A DNA stretch of 62,762 nt, the filler included, from Basidiobolus ranarum (lineage: Eukaryota): the NCBI GenBank assembly GCA_040143965.1. It is 24 parts of 24 records of this genome, joined end to end, with 100 filler letters (N's around TTAATTAATTAA, not from the genome) between each part and the next. Parts side by side here need not be neighbours in the genome. Positions count along the whole stretch, not along the records: positions 34,115 to 36,631 come from JASJQH010010123.1; positions 36,732 to 39,247 come from JASJQH010010124.1; positions 39,348 to 41,862 come from JASJQH010010125.1; positions 41,963 to 44,477 come from JASJQH010010126.1; positions 44,578 to 47,092 come from JASJQH010010127.1; positions 47,193 to 49,706 come from JASJQH010010128.1; 18 more parts are not named here. One strand, 5' to 3'. Under the pieces are notes generated by a model. The model had not been told where the DNA came from. It ran no database searches and worked only from the letters and a program-made list of their open reading frames with translations. Positions within the stretch are counted from its first letter, which is position 1; every line of letters begins with the position of its first letter. The position numbers were made by a program, and so were the translations under genes. Shown here in pieces: positions 35,484 to 48,476 of the stretch.

Positions 35484-36193
35484 TGTTAGAGTATTTGGGA
35501 GCCTGCTGGAAGTGATTTAAAGAATTAGAGAACTTGATGGTATTCACTTATTGCTATATTGAGTAGAAAGTTGACACTTATACATTTGCCAAGATATAAG
35601 CAAACTAATTGCAGAATGTGTTAAAGAAGGTCCCAGGAGCATGTGTGCAAAGTTTGTGGCTTCTAGCATAAATTTAAACAATCTGGATATCTGAGAACTT
35701 CCAATTTGGTAAAATTATTACAAGTAAACTCCAATTGAGAATAATGGATAATATCTTAGTTCTATAAAAGATAACTTAGTACTAAGCTATATATGACATT
35801 ATAGGTGTTAACGCCAAGCTAATCTCAACACTCTCCCTCAACTAAATAGTGATATATACTAATCATAAGGAAGGTATAGATTTCTCAAATTTCTGTCACA
35901 CTAATGGTGTAGCTAATATACTGACAATCATGTCTTCTCTAGAATAATAAGTAAAGTCAATAAACTTATTCTCTAAAGGCACTCTAACAAAGTGCTGTCT
36001 AATATCTATATGTTTGCTTCTATTATGAAAGGTAGAATTTTAGCTAATTTGATACAACTTTGACTATTTTGAAATATTGTAGATGGTGAATTTTGAGTAT
36101 AACCTAAACCTGTTAAGAGTTTTGTTAACCGTATTGCTTCTTTTGTAGCTTTACAGGGATCCATGTATTCTACTTCTGTTGCAGAAAGTGCTA
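35484..36193 (-). mobile_element. Copia RNase H end, PPT and 3' LTR-B (35484-35830)
   Basis: VALSATEVEY..FHNRSKHIDIR; PPT AGTTGAGGGAGAG; LTR TGTTGAGATT...TAACA. Truncated by a CMC insertion at 36194. Confidence 0.8.
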
Positions 36194-36572
36194 CCCTAAC
36201 AAAAATTAAATTGATTTGATAAGGATCAGATCCACCCTTCTAGAGCACAAAAACATCAGAAAACCATTATGATATTGGTGGCTTGTATTCTGCCAGATAT
36301 CTTGATGGTGAGATGGTAGTTTCCTTTCAGTATTATGATGGTAATTGTACATGATGAAATTTTGATCCTCATATCAGGCATGGGTTATTTAACTTCCAAC
36401 AATTTTTGGAAAAAAACCAGTTTTGAATGACAAATTACTGGGCTAACTGCTATAGAAGTTTGAGTTAATATGCATGCCTCCATTTAGATACTCTAGGCTT
36501 CATATTCTAGCCATAATGAGAATCAAAAAATAAAAGAATCTTGTTGGGTTTAGTCTCTGCATATGCATATAT
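36194..36572 (-). mobile_element. CMC right end (TIR CCCTAACAAAAAT)
   Basis: Reverse complement of about 61255-61631. Interrupted at about 36573 by an LTR-B start. Confidence 0.78.
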
Positions 36573-36731
36573 TGCTGAAATTAGCATTGCCTAAACACTT
36601 ATATGGTCATATATAGCTTAGTACTTAGTTANNNNNNNNNNNNNNNNNNNNNNNNNNNNNNNNNNNNNNNNNNNNTTAATTAATTAANNNNNNNNNNNNN
36701 NNNNNNNNNNNNNNNNNNNNNNNNNNNNNNN

Positions 36732-38810
36732 TCAGACACTTCCTAAATAGTGATGATTTTGATTTCTGGATTAAGAACTGTGATTTGAGGTGAAAAATTT
36801 GCTTTTTCATCAAAAATCTCATCCCTGCACTTGATTAACTTCTGATCTTTGGTATCAAACAGTCTGTAGGTCTTAGATCCATCACCATAACCAAGAGATA
36901 TGTATTTCCTGCTTTTGGGCTCCAATTTAGAGTGGTTTTGAGCTAGAATTGAGCAATATGCTGTTCAACCACAGATCCTGAGATTATCTACACTTGGTGT
37001 TGATCAATATAGGGCTTTGTTGGGAGTAGAATTTTGTCTCAATATTGTTGGGCATCTGTTTTTGATGTATACTGCAGTTGAGACAGCTTTGGCTTAATAT
37101 TGATAATCTAATTTTTATCATCTAGTATTGCTCTTGCCATCTGCAATATGGTTCTATTGGCATGTTCTGCACCACCATTTTGCCGTGGAATATAAGATAG
37201 AGTAGCTTGTTGCTTAATTCCATGTTTAGAGCAAAAACAAGCAAAGTCTTTGGAGAAATATTCTCCACCAGATATCACTCCTAGGTATCCTAACTTTTTA
37301 TGCTGAATCTTTCTCTACCATTGCCTTGTAGTGCTTTACCATAGCTAAGGCTTCAGATTTTGATTTGACAAAGGATACCCAAATATATCTGGTTTTGACA
37401 TCAATAAAGGTCATAAAGTGCCATTTCCCACCTAGTGAGATGTTTTTCTTGGGCCCACATAGGTCAGAATGAATCAGGGCAAAATTATGATTGCATTTGA
37501 TCTCTCCAGAGCTTGAAAACAGCTGTCTGTGATGTTTTCCATAGAGGCAACCTTCACACAGATCCAATTTAGTGATATTTCCAAATTCTAAGCCTGAAAC
37601 AAGCTGATTTTAAATTATTTGGGTAGGTTTTTGTTCCCCAATGTGGCCTAATCTTTTATGCCATTTTTGACAGCTTATTTCACTGGTTTTGGCCAAGTTT
37701 GCATGCTCAGAATGCAATTTTTTGACATCTAGCTTGTATAAGCTTTGAGGTTTGATCCCAGTAGCGAGTTTGTTAATATTTGGATCTGTGATAGTGCATC
37801 CAGCCTTACTGAACATGAAATTTAGTCCATGAGTTGTTACTAAGCTTACTGAGAGTAGATTCTTGGCTTTATTTGGTACCTAGAGTACATCATCTAATTT
37901 TGCAGATAGTGTGGCTGAATTTTGGTCTAAATTGAGGACACCTGTGCCTTTACCAGCTACATCTAGTGCATAGTCATCAGCTAAGTAGACTTTCCTTGTT
38001 TGGATTGGTTTAATGCTTGAAAGCCAATCTTTGCTGTTTGACATAAGCTGGAAAGTTCCTGAATCAATGTACCATATTTCTGAGTCTTTGTTGGTGGTTA
38101 CTGATAGGGCAGACACAAATAGGTGATCCCTCTCAGTGCTTACTTGATTTGCCTGTTCCAATTTTAGCTTTTTGACAAAAATCCTTTTGCAGCAATCTTT
38201 GATAATATAGCCTAGTTTCTTGCAATAGTGTTAGATGATTGATTTCCTATTTGGTGCACCTGTATTAAAGCCTTTAGGACATCTTACAGCTGCAAAAAAG
38301 GCCTGTTCTGCACTGTTTTGCTGAGAATTAGATCTCCTTACTTCCTCATTTAAAAGCCTAACATCAACATATTCCATTTTTAATGGCTCTGATCTTGATT
38401 CTAGGGCAATCATGAGGTGCCTAAGCTTGTCTGGCAGGCTCCCAAGTAGTGTCATGACTAAGTCAACTTCATGGAGTGGTGCTCAAATGGGTGAGACCTG
38501 ATCTGCCATAGTTTTTAGCCAATATATATGTTTGAGCATTGAATCATCAGAATTCATCTAAATTAAGAATTATTTCCACCTACAATATAGCCTATGAGCC
38601 AGACTTATAGTCTCATATAGTCCCTCCAGTGTTTCCCAAGCATTTTGGCATTTTTTGCCTGATTGTATGTGCCTCAATTAAGAGTCTCTGAGATCTAGAT
38701 AAATTAGAGAGAGTGCTTTCCTCTGCTTCTTGTGAAAGGCAAGGATAGCTTCTGGTGGGCCCTTTGGCTCTATTTCTACTCCTGTAACAAATCCCCAAAG
38801 GTCCTTGTCT
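36732..38810 (-). mobile_element. Degenerate Copia gag-protease-integrase (LTR-C family)
   Basis: LLGSLPDK..ALESR, WYIDSG, WHKRLGHIG, CEGCLYGKHHR, IHSDLCGP, FID.KTRY, LGY..GSKTYRL. Confidence 0.9.
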
Positions 38811-39247
38811 TATCCTGATACCAAGTGTGATGTTAGACTGACTATTTGGTGAATTTATATCAGTGAACATGTTGTAATCTGACCAGGCTCTTGGTGGTAA
38901 AATCATTGAGTTTAGTGTTATATTTGCAAAGTAGTAATGACTATGCCTAAAAGAGTAAACTCTATTGATTTGACAAAATATACAACAAAACAGTGCATTG
39001 TGCCCACAAAAACCTCAAAGTTTACTGATGGCAGGAGTGTTGCCAATACATTCAATGATATTAGCTTTAATAAAGTAATCACCCATCTGAACCCCATTAG
39101 ATAACCTTTCTAATTCCTCAATTAAAGGCTCCAAGGAGCTATCTATAAGCACTGGTGATTTAGGTCCAGATATGATGGATGGTATCAAAATATTATGACT
39201 TGTATACCAATCAGAAGGAGGAAGATTTAAGTTGATTAACATGATTG
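38811..39247 (-). mobile_element. CMC transposase catalytic-region fragment
   Basis: INLNLPP..ISGPKSPVLIDS.LEPLIEELE.L.NG..G.TPAI.KL; matches 1195-1627. Confidence 0.8.
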
Positions 39248-39454
39248 NNNNNNNNNNNNNNNNNNNNNNNNNNNNNNNNNNNNNNNNNNNNTTAATTAAT
39301 TAANNNNNNNNNNNNNNNNNNNNNNNNNNNNNNNNNNNNNNNNNNNNATTCCTATTTAGAATATAGGGGCTATAGATATGTTGCTTTCTGTTTCTGATAT
39401 ATGTATCATAACTAAAGTTAACTATGATGTTGAATAAAGATTAATTATCCAACA

Positions 39455-40535
39455 GTTTAGTCTCTACATATGCACATAGTTCACTGATTAGACTTAACTC
39501 AACAACATCAATATGCTTTACCAGCAAACTAACAGTGGAGAAATTGCAAAGCTTGTGAAATCTTTAATAGCACTGACACTTTGTAAATAGCTGACTCTTG
39601 TTACTATTTACAATAGGAATAAGCTCTTAGATTTTGGCAAATTTCCATGAAGAGTTCAGCCAATATATCCCCAACTTGCAGTCAACAAAAGTCCTGCCAC
39701 AAGTAGATGTGTCATGTCCTGAATAGATTACCCCATGGCTAAAATGATAATACTGCATATTTTGGTCTATCTCACCACAAAGTCTTTCTTGCAGCTTTCC
39801 TAGAAATACCATCAGATAATCACACAAACAAATTAGTCAAAATTATAGAGGTACTTACTCTGTGTCAATAGATTGGGTTCTGTTGCTGTAATTATGCTTA
39901 AACAATGTGAAAACCTGTGAGCACATTGAAATGAGCCATATGTTGGAAGGTTAATATACTCTGTAGTCTCCTTAACCCATTGCATTACATCCATGACTGA
40001 TTTTGCTGATACATTGTTAATCATATTAGCATACAGTAATACTGATGATATCACATGGAGCATCATTTCACCATAAGTGCGCTCCATTGGGAACTCCCAG
40101 AATGTATAGCAAGAGCCTATAATCTCTAAGCATTGTGAAAGAAGTAACAGGTAACATATTTAATACTGGCATAGTTTCAGTATATCATCTTTAAACCTGT
40201 AATAAAGCTTTTCATATCCAATTACAAAATCTTTGCACAGTTGCTGCATCTGCCTGAGATTTGCCAATGTGAGTTGATGCCATCAAAATATACTGACAAT
40301 ATCCACAAACAACTCCCAATGTTGTCAATACTGATCAGGCAGAAATTTTTTCCAAATTCCACTTGAATATATAAAAATCTAATACTTCCAGTCTTTGCAT
40401 TTGAATAAACACCTAGATGAGTGGATATTAATGGAAGTCCTAGTAAAATATGATGGTATCTTGACATTTTCAAGCATTTTTCCTATTGATTCAAACCTTG
40501 ATCCTATCTCAAATGGCTCATTCATATTGAATTTT
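39455..40535 (-). mobile_element. CMC transposase C-terminal remnant
   Basis: Colinear with 10-1080; retains WEFPMER. Interrupted at 39454 by LTR-D. Confidence 0.82.
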
Positions 40536-40539
40536 CCTA

Positions 40540-41862
40540 AGCTAATCAGTCAACTATGTGCATATGTAGAGACTAAACACAACAAGATTCTTGTATTTTT
40601 TAATTCTCATTATGGCTGGAATACAAAGCCTAAAATAACTAAATAAAGACATGCATATTAATTCAAATTCCTACAGCAGTAATTCCAGTAATTTGCCATT
40701 CAAAAATTATATTTTTGCAAAAATTGTTGGATATTGAATAATGCATGCCAAATTTGAGGATCAATATTTTAGTATGTATGAATACTGTTAAGATACTATC
40801 AAGAAACCTCCATCACACCATCAAAATCCCTGGCAGAATGCAAGCCAACAATATTGTGATGGTTCTCTGATGGTTTTGCTATTTTGGAGGGTAGATCCAA
40901 TCAGATCAAATCAATTTTATTTTTGTTAGCGTACCATTGATTCCCCATCTTCTGGTTTTGATGAAATCACCCAAATATAGATCATTGATTCAATACCAAA
41001 TTACTCATCATAAAGCTGATGGTATTACCAATATACTCCATGAATAACACTACCAAAATCTGACAAGTCAAGGTTTCTTTGAGAACAGGTATGATCATGT
41101 ATTTGCGTTGGCTCTGCATGGTATCTCACCAAACAAATATATATTTGGAATGGCTTGCTGGCCAATAATTTTAGTTAACTTTAATCTTCCTCCTTCTGAA
41201 GAGTATAAGAATCATAATATTCTGATACTACCCATCATATCTGGACCAACATCTCCAGTGCTTATGGATAGCTTCTTGGAGCCTTTGATTGCAGGATTTC
41301 AACAATAATTTAGCCAATATGCTTCTACATATTGGTCACACTCCTTCCATCGGTATACTTGGCAATTTTTGTGGGCACAAAGCACTATCTAGTGGTAGAT
41401 GTTGTCATATCAACAGAGTTTACTCTATCAGGCAAATCCATTACTACTGTCCAAATACCATGCTAAACTCCATGATTATATTGTCAAGAGCCTGGTCAGA
41501 CTTTAACCTACTCACTGATATCAATCCACCCTGTAGTCAGTCTGACATCAAACTTGGACTTGGCCATAAGCCAAAGATAATATTGCTAACAGGGATCAGC
41601 TGGAGCCAGAGTTTCCCATTAGGCACCATGTACTTACTATTCACAACATTCCAATACTACTTAACCTAAAAGAAACTTGAGGATTGTTATTCTTGATAAA
41701 CCATCACAATTTTAATCCATTTGGGATTGACCATTTACTTACCATCATAAAGTTGTCAAGTTAGATTTGAATTTAATCAATTTCTTCAGCTTCAGGAGTG
41801 AAATTTCAAGATCTTGCAAAATAGTTGCACATGATTGGCTACAATCTCAGTGAACTATGGAT
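40540..41862 (+). mobile_element. CMC mosaic: right end (to 40931), transposase core (40932-41663), left end (41664-41862)
   Basis: ..ATTTTTGTTAGCG at 40931; ACWPIILVNFNLPP..GPTSP..DSFLEPL and SFPLGTM; ACCTAAAAGAAACTTGAGGATTGTTAT at 41664. Confidence 0.75.
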
Positions 41863-42019
41863 NNNNNNNNNNNNNNNNNNNNNNNNNNNNNNNNNNNNNN
41901 NNNNNNTTAATTAATTAANNNNNNNNNNNNNNNNNNNNNNNNNNNNNNNNNNNNNNNNNNNNTATTGATTTATTGAGTAGAAAGCTGACATATATAGTTT
42001 TGCCAACATGCAAACAAAC

Positions 42020-43730
42020 TGTTGGATTATTAATCTTTGTTCAACATCTTAGTTAACTTTAGCTATGATACATATATCAGAAACAGAAAGCAATAAATCA
42101 ATAGCCCCTATATTCTAAATAGGAATATCTCTATATCTATAAAACAAGTATGTCTCATTACCCCCACATATCTTTTATATCTTACTGCACAAACTTCTGA
42201 ATATCTCAAACAATTTATTTACTTCTCTACTATATAAATCACCATATTCTCTTAAGAATAAATTTACCATAAAACAATATCATAAGTTTCCTCAAATATA
42301 CCAAGTATACCCCATTATGTCAAGATTCTCCAACATGGTAGCAGCAAGTGAATTAGATTCTTCTTCCCAAAAGGAGATTACTAATATTCTAACATTCAAT
42401 GGGGAAGATTTCCATGAATGGAAATTCAAAATGCAACTTGTGTGTGAAGGGAAACATGTCTGGGAAGTAGTTCAACCAGATGGAGAAGAAGAAAGTACAG
42501 ATTCTGACACTGTAACTAAGAAGCCAACATGTAAAGAAGCCAGGGCAACTCTCAAAGAAAAAGACAGATTGGCATTTGGGGAAATATGTCTAACACTGGG
42601 ATCACAGCAACTTATGCTAGTCAGAGATGCTGACTCTGCCAAGAATGCATGGGAAATCCTAGTGGAACATCATAAGCAATAAGGGCTTGGTCACTTGATG
42701 ATGCTACAAAGAAAATTCTTAAACTCTGATATGTCTGAGGATTCAGATATTATAACATATGTGATTGGTGTCAAGAAACTTGCTCAACAACTGTAATCAT
42801 TAATTTTGAAGTGCCTGGAATAGATATAGTTCTTACCATAATTAGTTGTCTCCCTCAATCCTATTCAGCCCTAGTATGAACTTTGGAAGCAATTAGGGAT
42901 AAGCTTACTCAGTATTATCTTATCACTTGTCTATGTCAAGAGGAATTTAAAAGGAAAGACAAAAGTCAGCTTGCAGGTGAAACAAAAGCTACACAAACCT
43001 TTTACTCTCAAAATAGCCAACTAGAAAGGAGCACTATGAAATATTACAAATTTGAAAAACTAGGACATATAGCATGTTATTACAGATCAAAGAAGAAATG
43101 GGTTTCAAAGAAAAAAAAAGCATATAACACCACTAAATGAGGAAATGAACACTATGTACTTGAGGCAACCTCTAAATCAGGAAATAACTCTGCTGATATA
43201 TGGATTCTGGAATCTGGTGCAAGTGATCATGCATGTCACAATAGAAACACAATGCATAACTATATGGAAATAGAACCTGTGGACATCACAGTAGCTGGAA
43301 GAAACAAACTGGTTGCACATGGAATTGGCAAGATGACACTTAACTTACAACAAAGTAAAACCAAAAGTGTAATAGTAACCTTGGCACATGTCTTACATAT
43401 TTCATCATTTTAAGCAAACCTATTTTCAACCAGAGCAATTGAAAAGAAGCATTATGATATCAAATACATCCAAGAAAAAGCAACCATATACAAACCAAAG
43501 GACTTGATAGTGGCAACTGGAACAAGAATTGGGAATCTATATCACCCAGATATTACATTGACAACTGAGACTGTTTCTAACTTTGCAGCAAGAACTTTGG
43601 AAGCTTAATGACTTGGCATCAGCACTTGGGCCATCTATAGCTATATCAAGGGAAGATCACCAGAAAACCATTTTCAAAAGAAGGAGCTAGCAGAGCCAAA
43701 GACTTATTGGATCTTACTTATACAGGCTTA
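42020..43730 (+). mobile_element. Copia LTR-D (42020-~42300), gag, protease and integrase start (degenerate)
   Basis: TGTTGG start; FNGEDFHEWKFKMQL..WEVV..AKNAWEIL gag; KLGHIA..Y knuckle remnant; WILESGASDH. Followed by a reversed LTR-B piece at about 43732-44005. Confidence 0.85.
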
Positions 43731-44064
43731 TTGTGAAAGTATTTGAGAGCCTGTTAGAAGTGGTTTAGGGAATTAGAGAAATTGGTGGTTTTATCTTATT
43801 GATTTATTGAGTATAAAGATGGCTTTTATAAGTTTGTCAATTTGTAAGCAAGCTAACATAAAGAATAGGTTAAAGAAGGTCCCAGCAGTATGTGTGCTAA
43901 GTTTGGGGCTTCTAGCACAAGTTTGAAAAATATATATATCTGAGAACTTCTAAGTTTGTATCAATATTCTAAGTAAGTTCCTCTTGAGAATACTGGGTAA
44001 TATCTGTTGGTAGAATTATACTAAATCAATTCCAATTCAGAAGAATGGATAATATCTAAGTGAA

Positions 44065-44477
44065 TTATAGTGGGTAAGGTATTGTTTTGGTTGTTCTATC
44101 TATCTTAATTTGAATTCCAAGATTGCACAATGTTTTGCCAAGATCTGTCATTTTGAATTTAGCGGATAAACTAGATTTAGTTTTCTCCGGAGTCTTCAAT
44201 TCATTGGTTGCTATAATAAGATCATCTATATATAAGGCTAATAAAACTGAGCTTGTCTTATCTGGCCTAAACCAGATACTATAGTCAGTATTACTCTGAT
44301 GGAATTTGAGTGTTTTCAAAAAAACATCTATCTTGCTATTCCATGCTCATGGAGATTATTTTAAGCTGTAGAGTATTTTGCAGTGTCTGCAAACTTTTCT
44401 AGGGTTTTCTGGGTACATATATCGATCTGGCTGGTCCATATAGATCTCCTCAGCAAGCTCACCATTTAAAAAAGCAG
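44065..44477 (-). mobile_element. Copia reverse transcriptase fragment
   Basis: AFLNGEL.EEIYMDQP; LALYIDDLIIA..L...FKMTDLG..LGIQI. Confidence 0.88.
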
Positions 44478-44577
44478 NNNNNNNNNNNNNNNNNNNNNNN
44501 NNNNNNNNNNNNNNNNNNNNNTTAATTAATTAANNNNNNNNNNNNNNNNNNNNNNNNNNNNNNNNNNNNNNNNNNNN

Positions 44578-47092
44578 AATCAGGTTTCAACCAAAGAGGA
44601 AGTTTTATTCATTTCTGCCCTATCAGTGACCTCTGAACAAGACTGTAGGTTGTGGTATATTGATTCTGGAGCCTCTCAACATTTCTCTAATCAAAAAAAC
44701 TGGTTTAAAACACTCAAAACTGACATAAACAAGAAGGTTTATATGGGAGATGACCAGCCACTAGAAGCTCTGGGAGTGGGAGAAATTGAAGTGGATCTTG
44801 GGGACATCTCTGGGGACATGTGTTTGACACTGAAAAACGTGCTATATGTGCCTGGGATAGCAAAAAATTTGTTATCAGTGAGTAAAGCAACATCTGAGGG
44901 ATATTGCTTTAATTTTGATCAAAATGGCTGTACAATCAGGGATCAAAAAGGGAATTACATAGCTTCTGGAGCTAAGCAAAATAACTTGTATAAACTTCAT
45001 TATATTAGGCCAATATATGAACAATATTTGACATTGAAAAATGTGCTATATGAGCCTGGGATAGCAAAATATTTTTTTATCAGTGAGTAAAGCTACATAT
45101 GAGGGACATTACTTTAATTTTGTTTGAAATGGCTGTACAATCAGTGATCAAAAAGGGAATTACATAGCTTCAGGAGCTAAGCAAAATAACTGGTATTAAC
45201 TTCATTATATTAGGCCAATATATGAACAAGTTAATACTGCCACAGCTGAAGAGATAGACTGGAAAATCTGGCATAAGAGATTGGGTCATCTAGGAGCTGA
45301 AAAATCGAGATATTTAATCAAAAACAAGATGGTTTTGGGACTAGATTTTGCAATTCCACCAGATCTGGAGCTATGTGAAGGTTATCTGTATGGTAGGTAA
45401 CACAGATAGCCATTTGTGGGCTCAGGAATGAGCAAAACTGATCAAATATTGGGCTTGATACACTCAGATCTGTGTGGCCCAATGCAGACAAAATCCTTAG
45501 GCGGAAAAAGGTATTTTATGACCTTTATTGATGATAAGACAAAGTTTACCTGGGTGTACTTTCTGGCCCATAAGGATGAAGCCTTTGATACCTACCAGAA
45601 ATTCAAAGCAATGGTGGAGACTGAAACAGGTCTAAAGATTAAGATCATTGGTACTGATAATTGACGGGAATACACCTCAAAACTCTTCTCTATCTTCTGC
45701 TCAACACATGGGATAAAACAGCAGACTTCAGTGCCATATTCCCCACAGCATAATGGAGTAGCAAAACATGCAAACAAATCAATAATGGAAAAGGCAAGAT
45801 CAATGCTTCATGATCAAGATTTACCCAAACAGTTCTGGGCTGAATTTGTTGCAACTGCAGTGTATATTAGGAATAGAAGTCCTTCTAGGTCTCTATTGGC
45901 TATGACACCATATTAAGCTTGGTTTGGAAGTAAACCTGTTATGGCTAATCTCAGATTTATTGGAGGTACCACATATGCAATGATTCCACACCAGAAGAGA
46001 TCAAAACTAGACCAAAAAAGCAAGAAATGTCTTTTTTTGGGATATTGTGATGGGACAAAAGGGTACAGATTATATGACACTGAAAATAAGAGGCTAATCC
46101 AGTCAAGGGATGTAGTATTTACTGAAGAAGAAAAATTTCCAATCAAAACAATCCAGGATCAAGAAAAACAACCAAAAATTGATGAAAATTCGTCTTTCTC
46201 TCACCAGATCCTGATCAGTGAGAAAAACATTGAAAATTCCTCACCTGCTGTATCCTCTACCAAGCCTGAGATGGTTTCATTGCCTAAATTGGTACCAGAA
46301 GCTGTAGTGCCAATATCCCATCTTGGGAGATCTAATTGGATGAGATCTCCACCTGATTGCCACTCTCACACTAACCAAAAGAAGCCTAGTGCTAATTTTG
46401 CCTTTTGGATGAACCCAAATCAGTACAGGAGGATATGGAGAGTCCCAACACAAAGTTTTGGAGAGCTGTAATGGCTGAGGAGTATTGGTTACTCACAGGT
46501 AACCAAACAAGGACTTTGGTTAAGTTACCTGATGTACAAAAATCAATTGGATGCAAATGGGAGTTTAAAGTTAAATAGCAAGCTGATGGATCTGTAGAAA
46601 AATATAAAGCTAGACTTGTGGCTAAAGGATACTCTCGATTGGAAGGAGTGGACTACAATGAAACATCTGCTCCTGTAGCAAAGTTTAATTCCATCAGAAC
46701 CACGCTAGCAGTAGCAGCAAAACACAGCTTAAAAATCCATCAAATGGTTCTTAAAACTGCTTTTTTGAAGGGCAACTTGGAAGAGGATATGTTCATGGAT
46801 CAACCGCATGGTTTTGTGGATCCTGAGCAACCTGAGGATGTGTGTAAGCTACAAAAATTAATTTACAAACTTAAACAATCACCCAGGGCCTGGCACACTA
46901 AGATAGACACATACTTGGAATCACTTGATTTCCACAAGAGTATAGTGGATTTTGGGATCTACCTTAAGACGGATAAGGACTGTAAGGTGATACTTGCCTT
47001 ATATGTAGATGATCTGATTATAGCTACCAATAATGATGAAGCTCTCAGGAACACCAAAAGAGATCTATCAGTCCAATTCAAGATGACCGATT
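44578..47092 (+). mobile_element. Copia pol (protease, integrase, SH3-like region, RT) in Copia domain order, mildly degenerate
   Basis: WYIDSGASQH; WHKRLGH; IHSDLCGPMQ..FIDDKT; KLDQKSKKCLFLGY..KGYRLYD; KYKARLVAKGY..GVDYNET.APVA; LKQSPRAW; LYVDDL. Confidence 0.95.
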
Positions 47093-47192
47093 NNNNNNNN
47101 NNNNNNNNNNNNNNNNNNNNNNNNNNNNNNNNNNNNTTAATTAATTAANNNNNNNNNNNNNNNNNNNNNNNNNNNNNNNNNNNNNNNNNNNN

Positions 47193-48476
47193 TGGAAGTA
47201 TTGGATTTGGATATATTCAAGTGGAATTTTGAAAAGATTTCTGCCTGATAAGTATTATCAGCATTGGGAGTTGTTTGTTGATATTGTTAATATATTATTA
47301 TGGCATCAACTCACATTGGGAGATCTCAGGCAGATACAGTGGCTGTGCAAAGATTTTGTAATTGGATATGAACAACTTTATTACAGGTTTAAAGAAGATA
47401 GACTGAATCTATGCTGGTATTCAATACATTCTCTGCTGCATCTTCCACAATGCTTAGAGATTATAGGCCCTTGCTATACATCCAGGGAGTTCTCATTGAA
47501 GAACTCCTGTGGTGAATTGATACTCTGGGTGAAATTGTCAGTATTACCGTATGCTATCTGATTAACAATGCATCAGCAAAATCAGCCATGGAAATAATGC
47601 AATGGGTTAGGGAGACTCCAAAGTATATTAACCTGGCAACAAAGGGCTCTTTTCAAAGTGCTCACAGGTATTGGCATAGTTTGAGTACAATAACAGCAAC
47701 AAAGCCCAATCCATGGACACAGAGTAAGTACCTTTATAATTGAACTAATTTGCTTGTGTGATAATCCAACGCTATTTCTAGGAAAGCTGCAAGACAGACT
47801 TCTTGGTGAGATAGATGGAGATACACAGTATTATTGTTTTAGCCATGGGGTAATCTATTCAAGCAATAACACATCTGCTTGTGGCAGGACATTTGTTGAC
47901 TGCAAGTCAGGGATATATTGGCTAAATTCTTTATGGAAATTTGCCAAAATCCAAGAGCTTATTCCCATTGTCAATGGTAACAAGAGTCAGCTATTTGCCA
48001 AGTGTCAGTGCTGTTCAAAATTTCAGATGTTTAGCAATTTTTCCACCATTACTTTGCTGGTAAACAATATTGATGTTGTTGATTTATGTCAAATCAGTCA
48101 AATATGTTCATATGTAGGGACTAAACACAAGATTCTTGTATTTTTTGATTCTCATTATGGCTGGAATATAAAGCCTAAAATATCTAAAAGAAGGCCTGCA
48201 CATTAATTCAAATTCCTACAGCTGTAAACCCAGTAATTGGCCATTTGAAAATTATATTTTTGCAAAAATTGCTGGATATTGAATAACCCATGCCAAATTT
48301 AAGGATCAATTTGTAGCATGTATGAATACCACTAAGATACCATCAAGAAACCGCCATTACACCATCAAAATCCCTGGCAGAATGCAAGCCAACAATATTG
48401 TTATGGTTCTCTGATGGTTTTGCTATATTGGAGGGTGGATCTGATCTGGTTCAAATCAATTTTTTTCTTGTTAGGG
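47193..48476 (+). mobile_element. CMC transposase C-terminal half and right end (..TTGTTAGGG)
   Basis: LPDKYYQHWELFV..FVIGYEQLYY..HSLLHLPQCLEIIGPC. Stop at about 48206, terminus at 48476. Confidence 0.85.
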
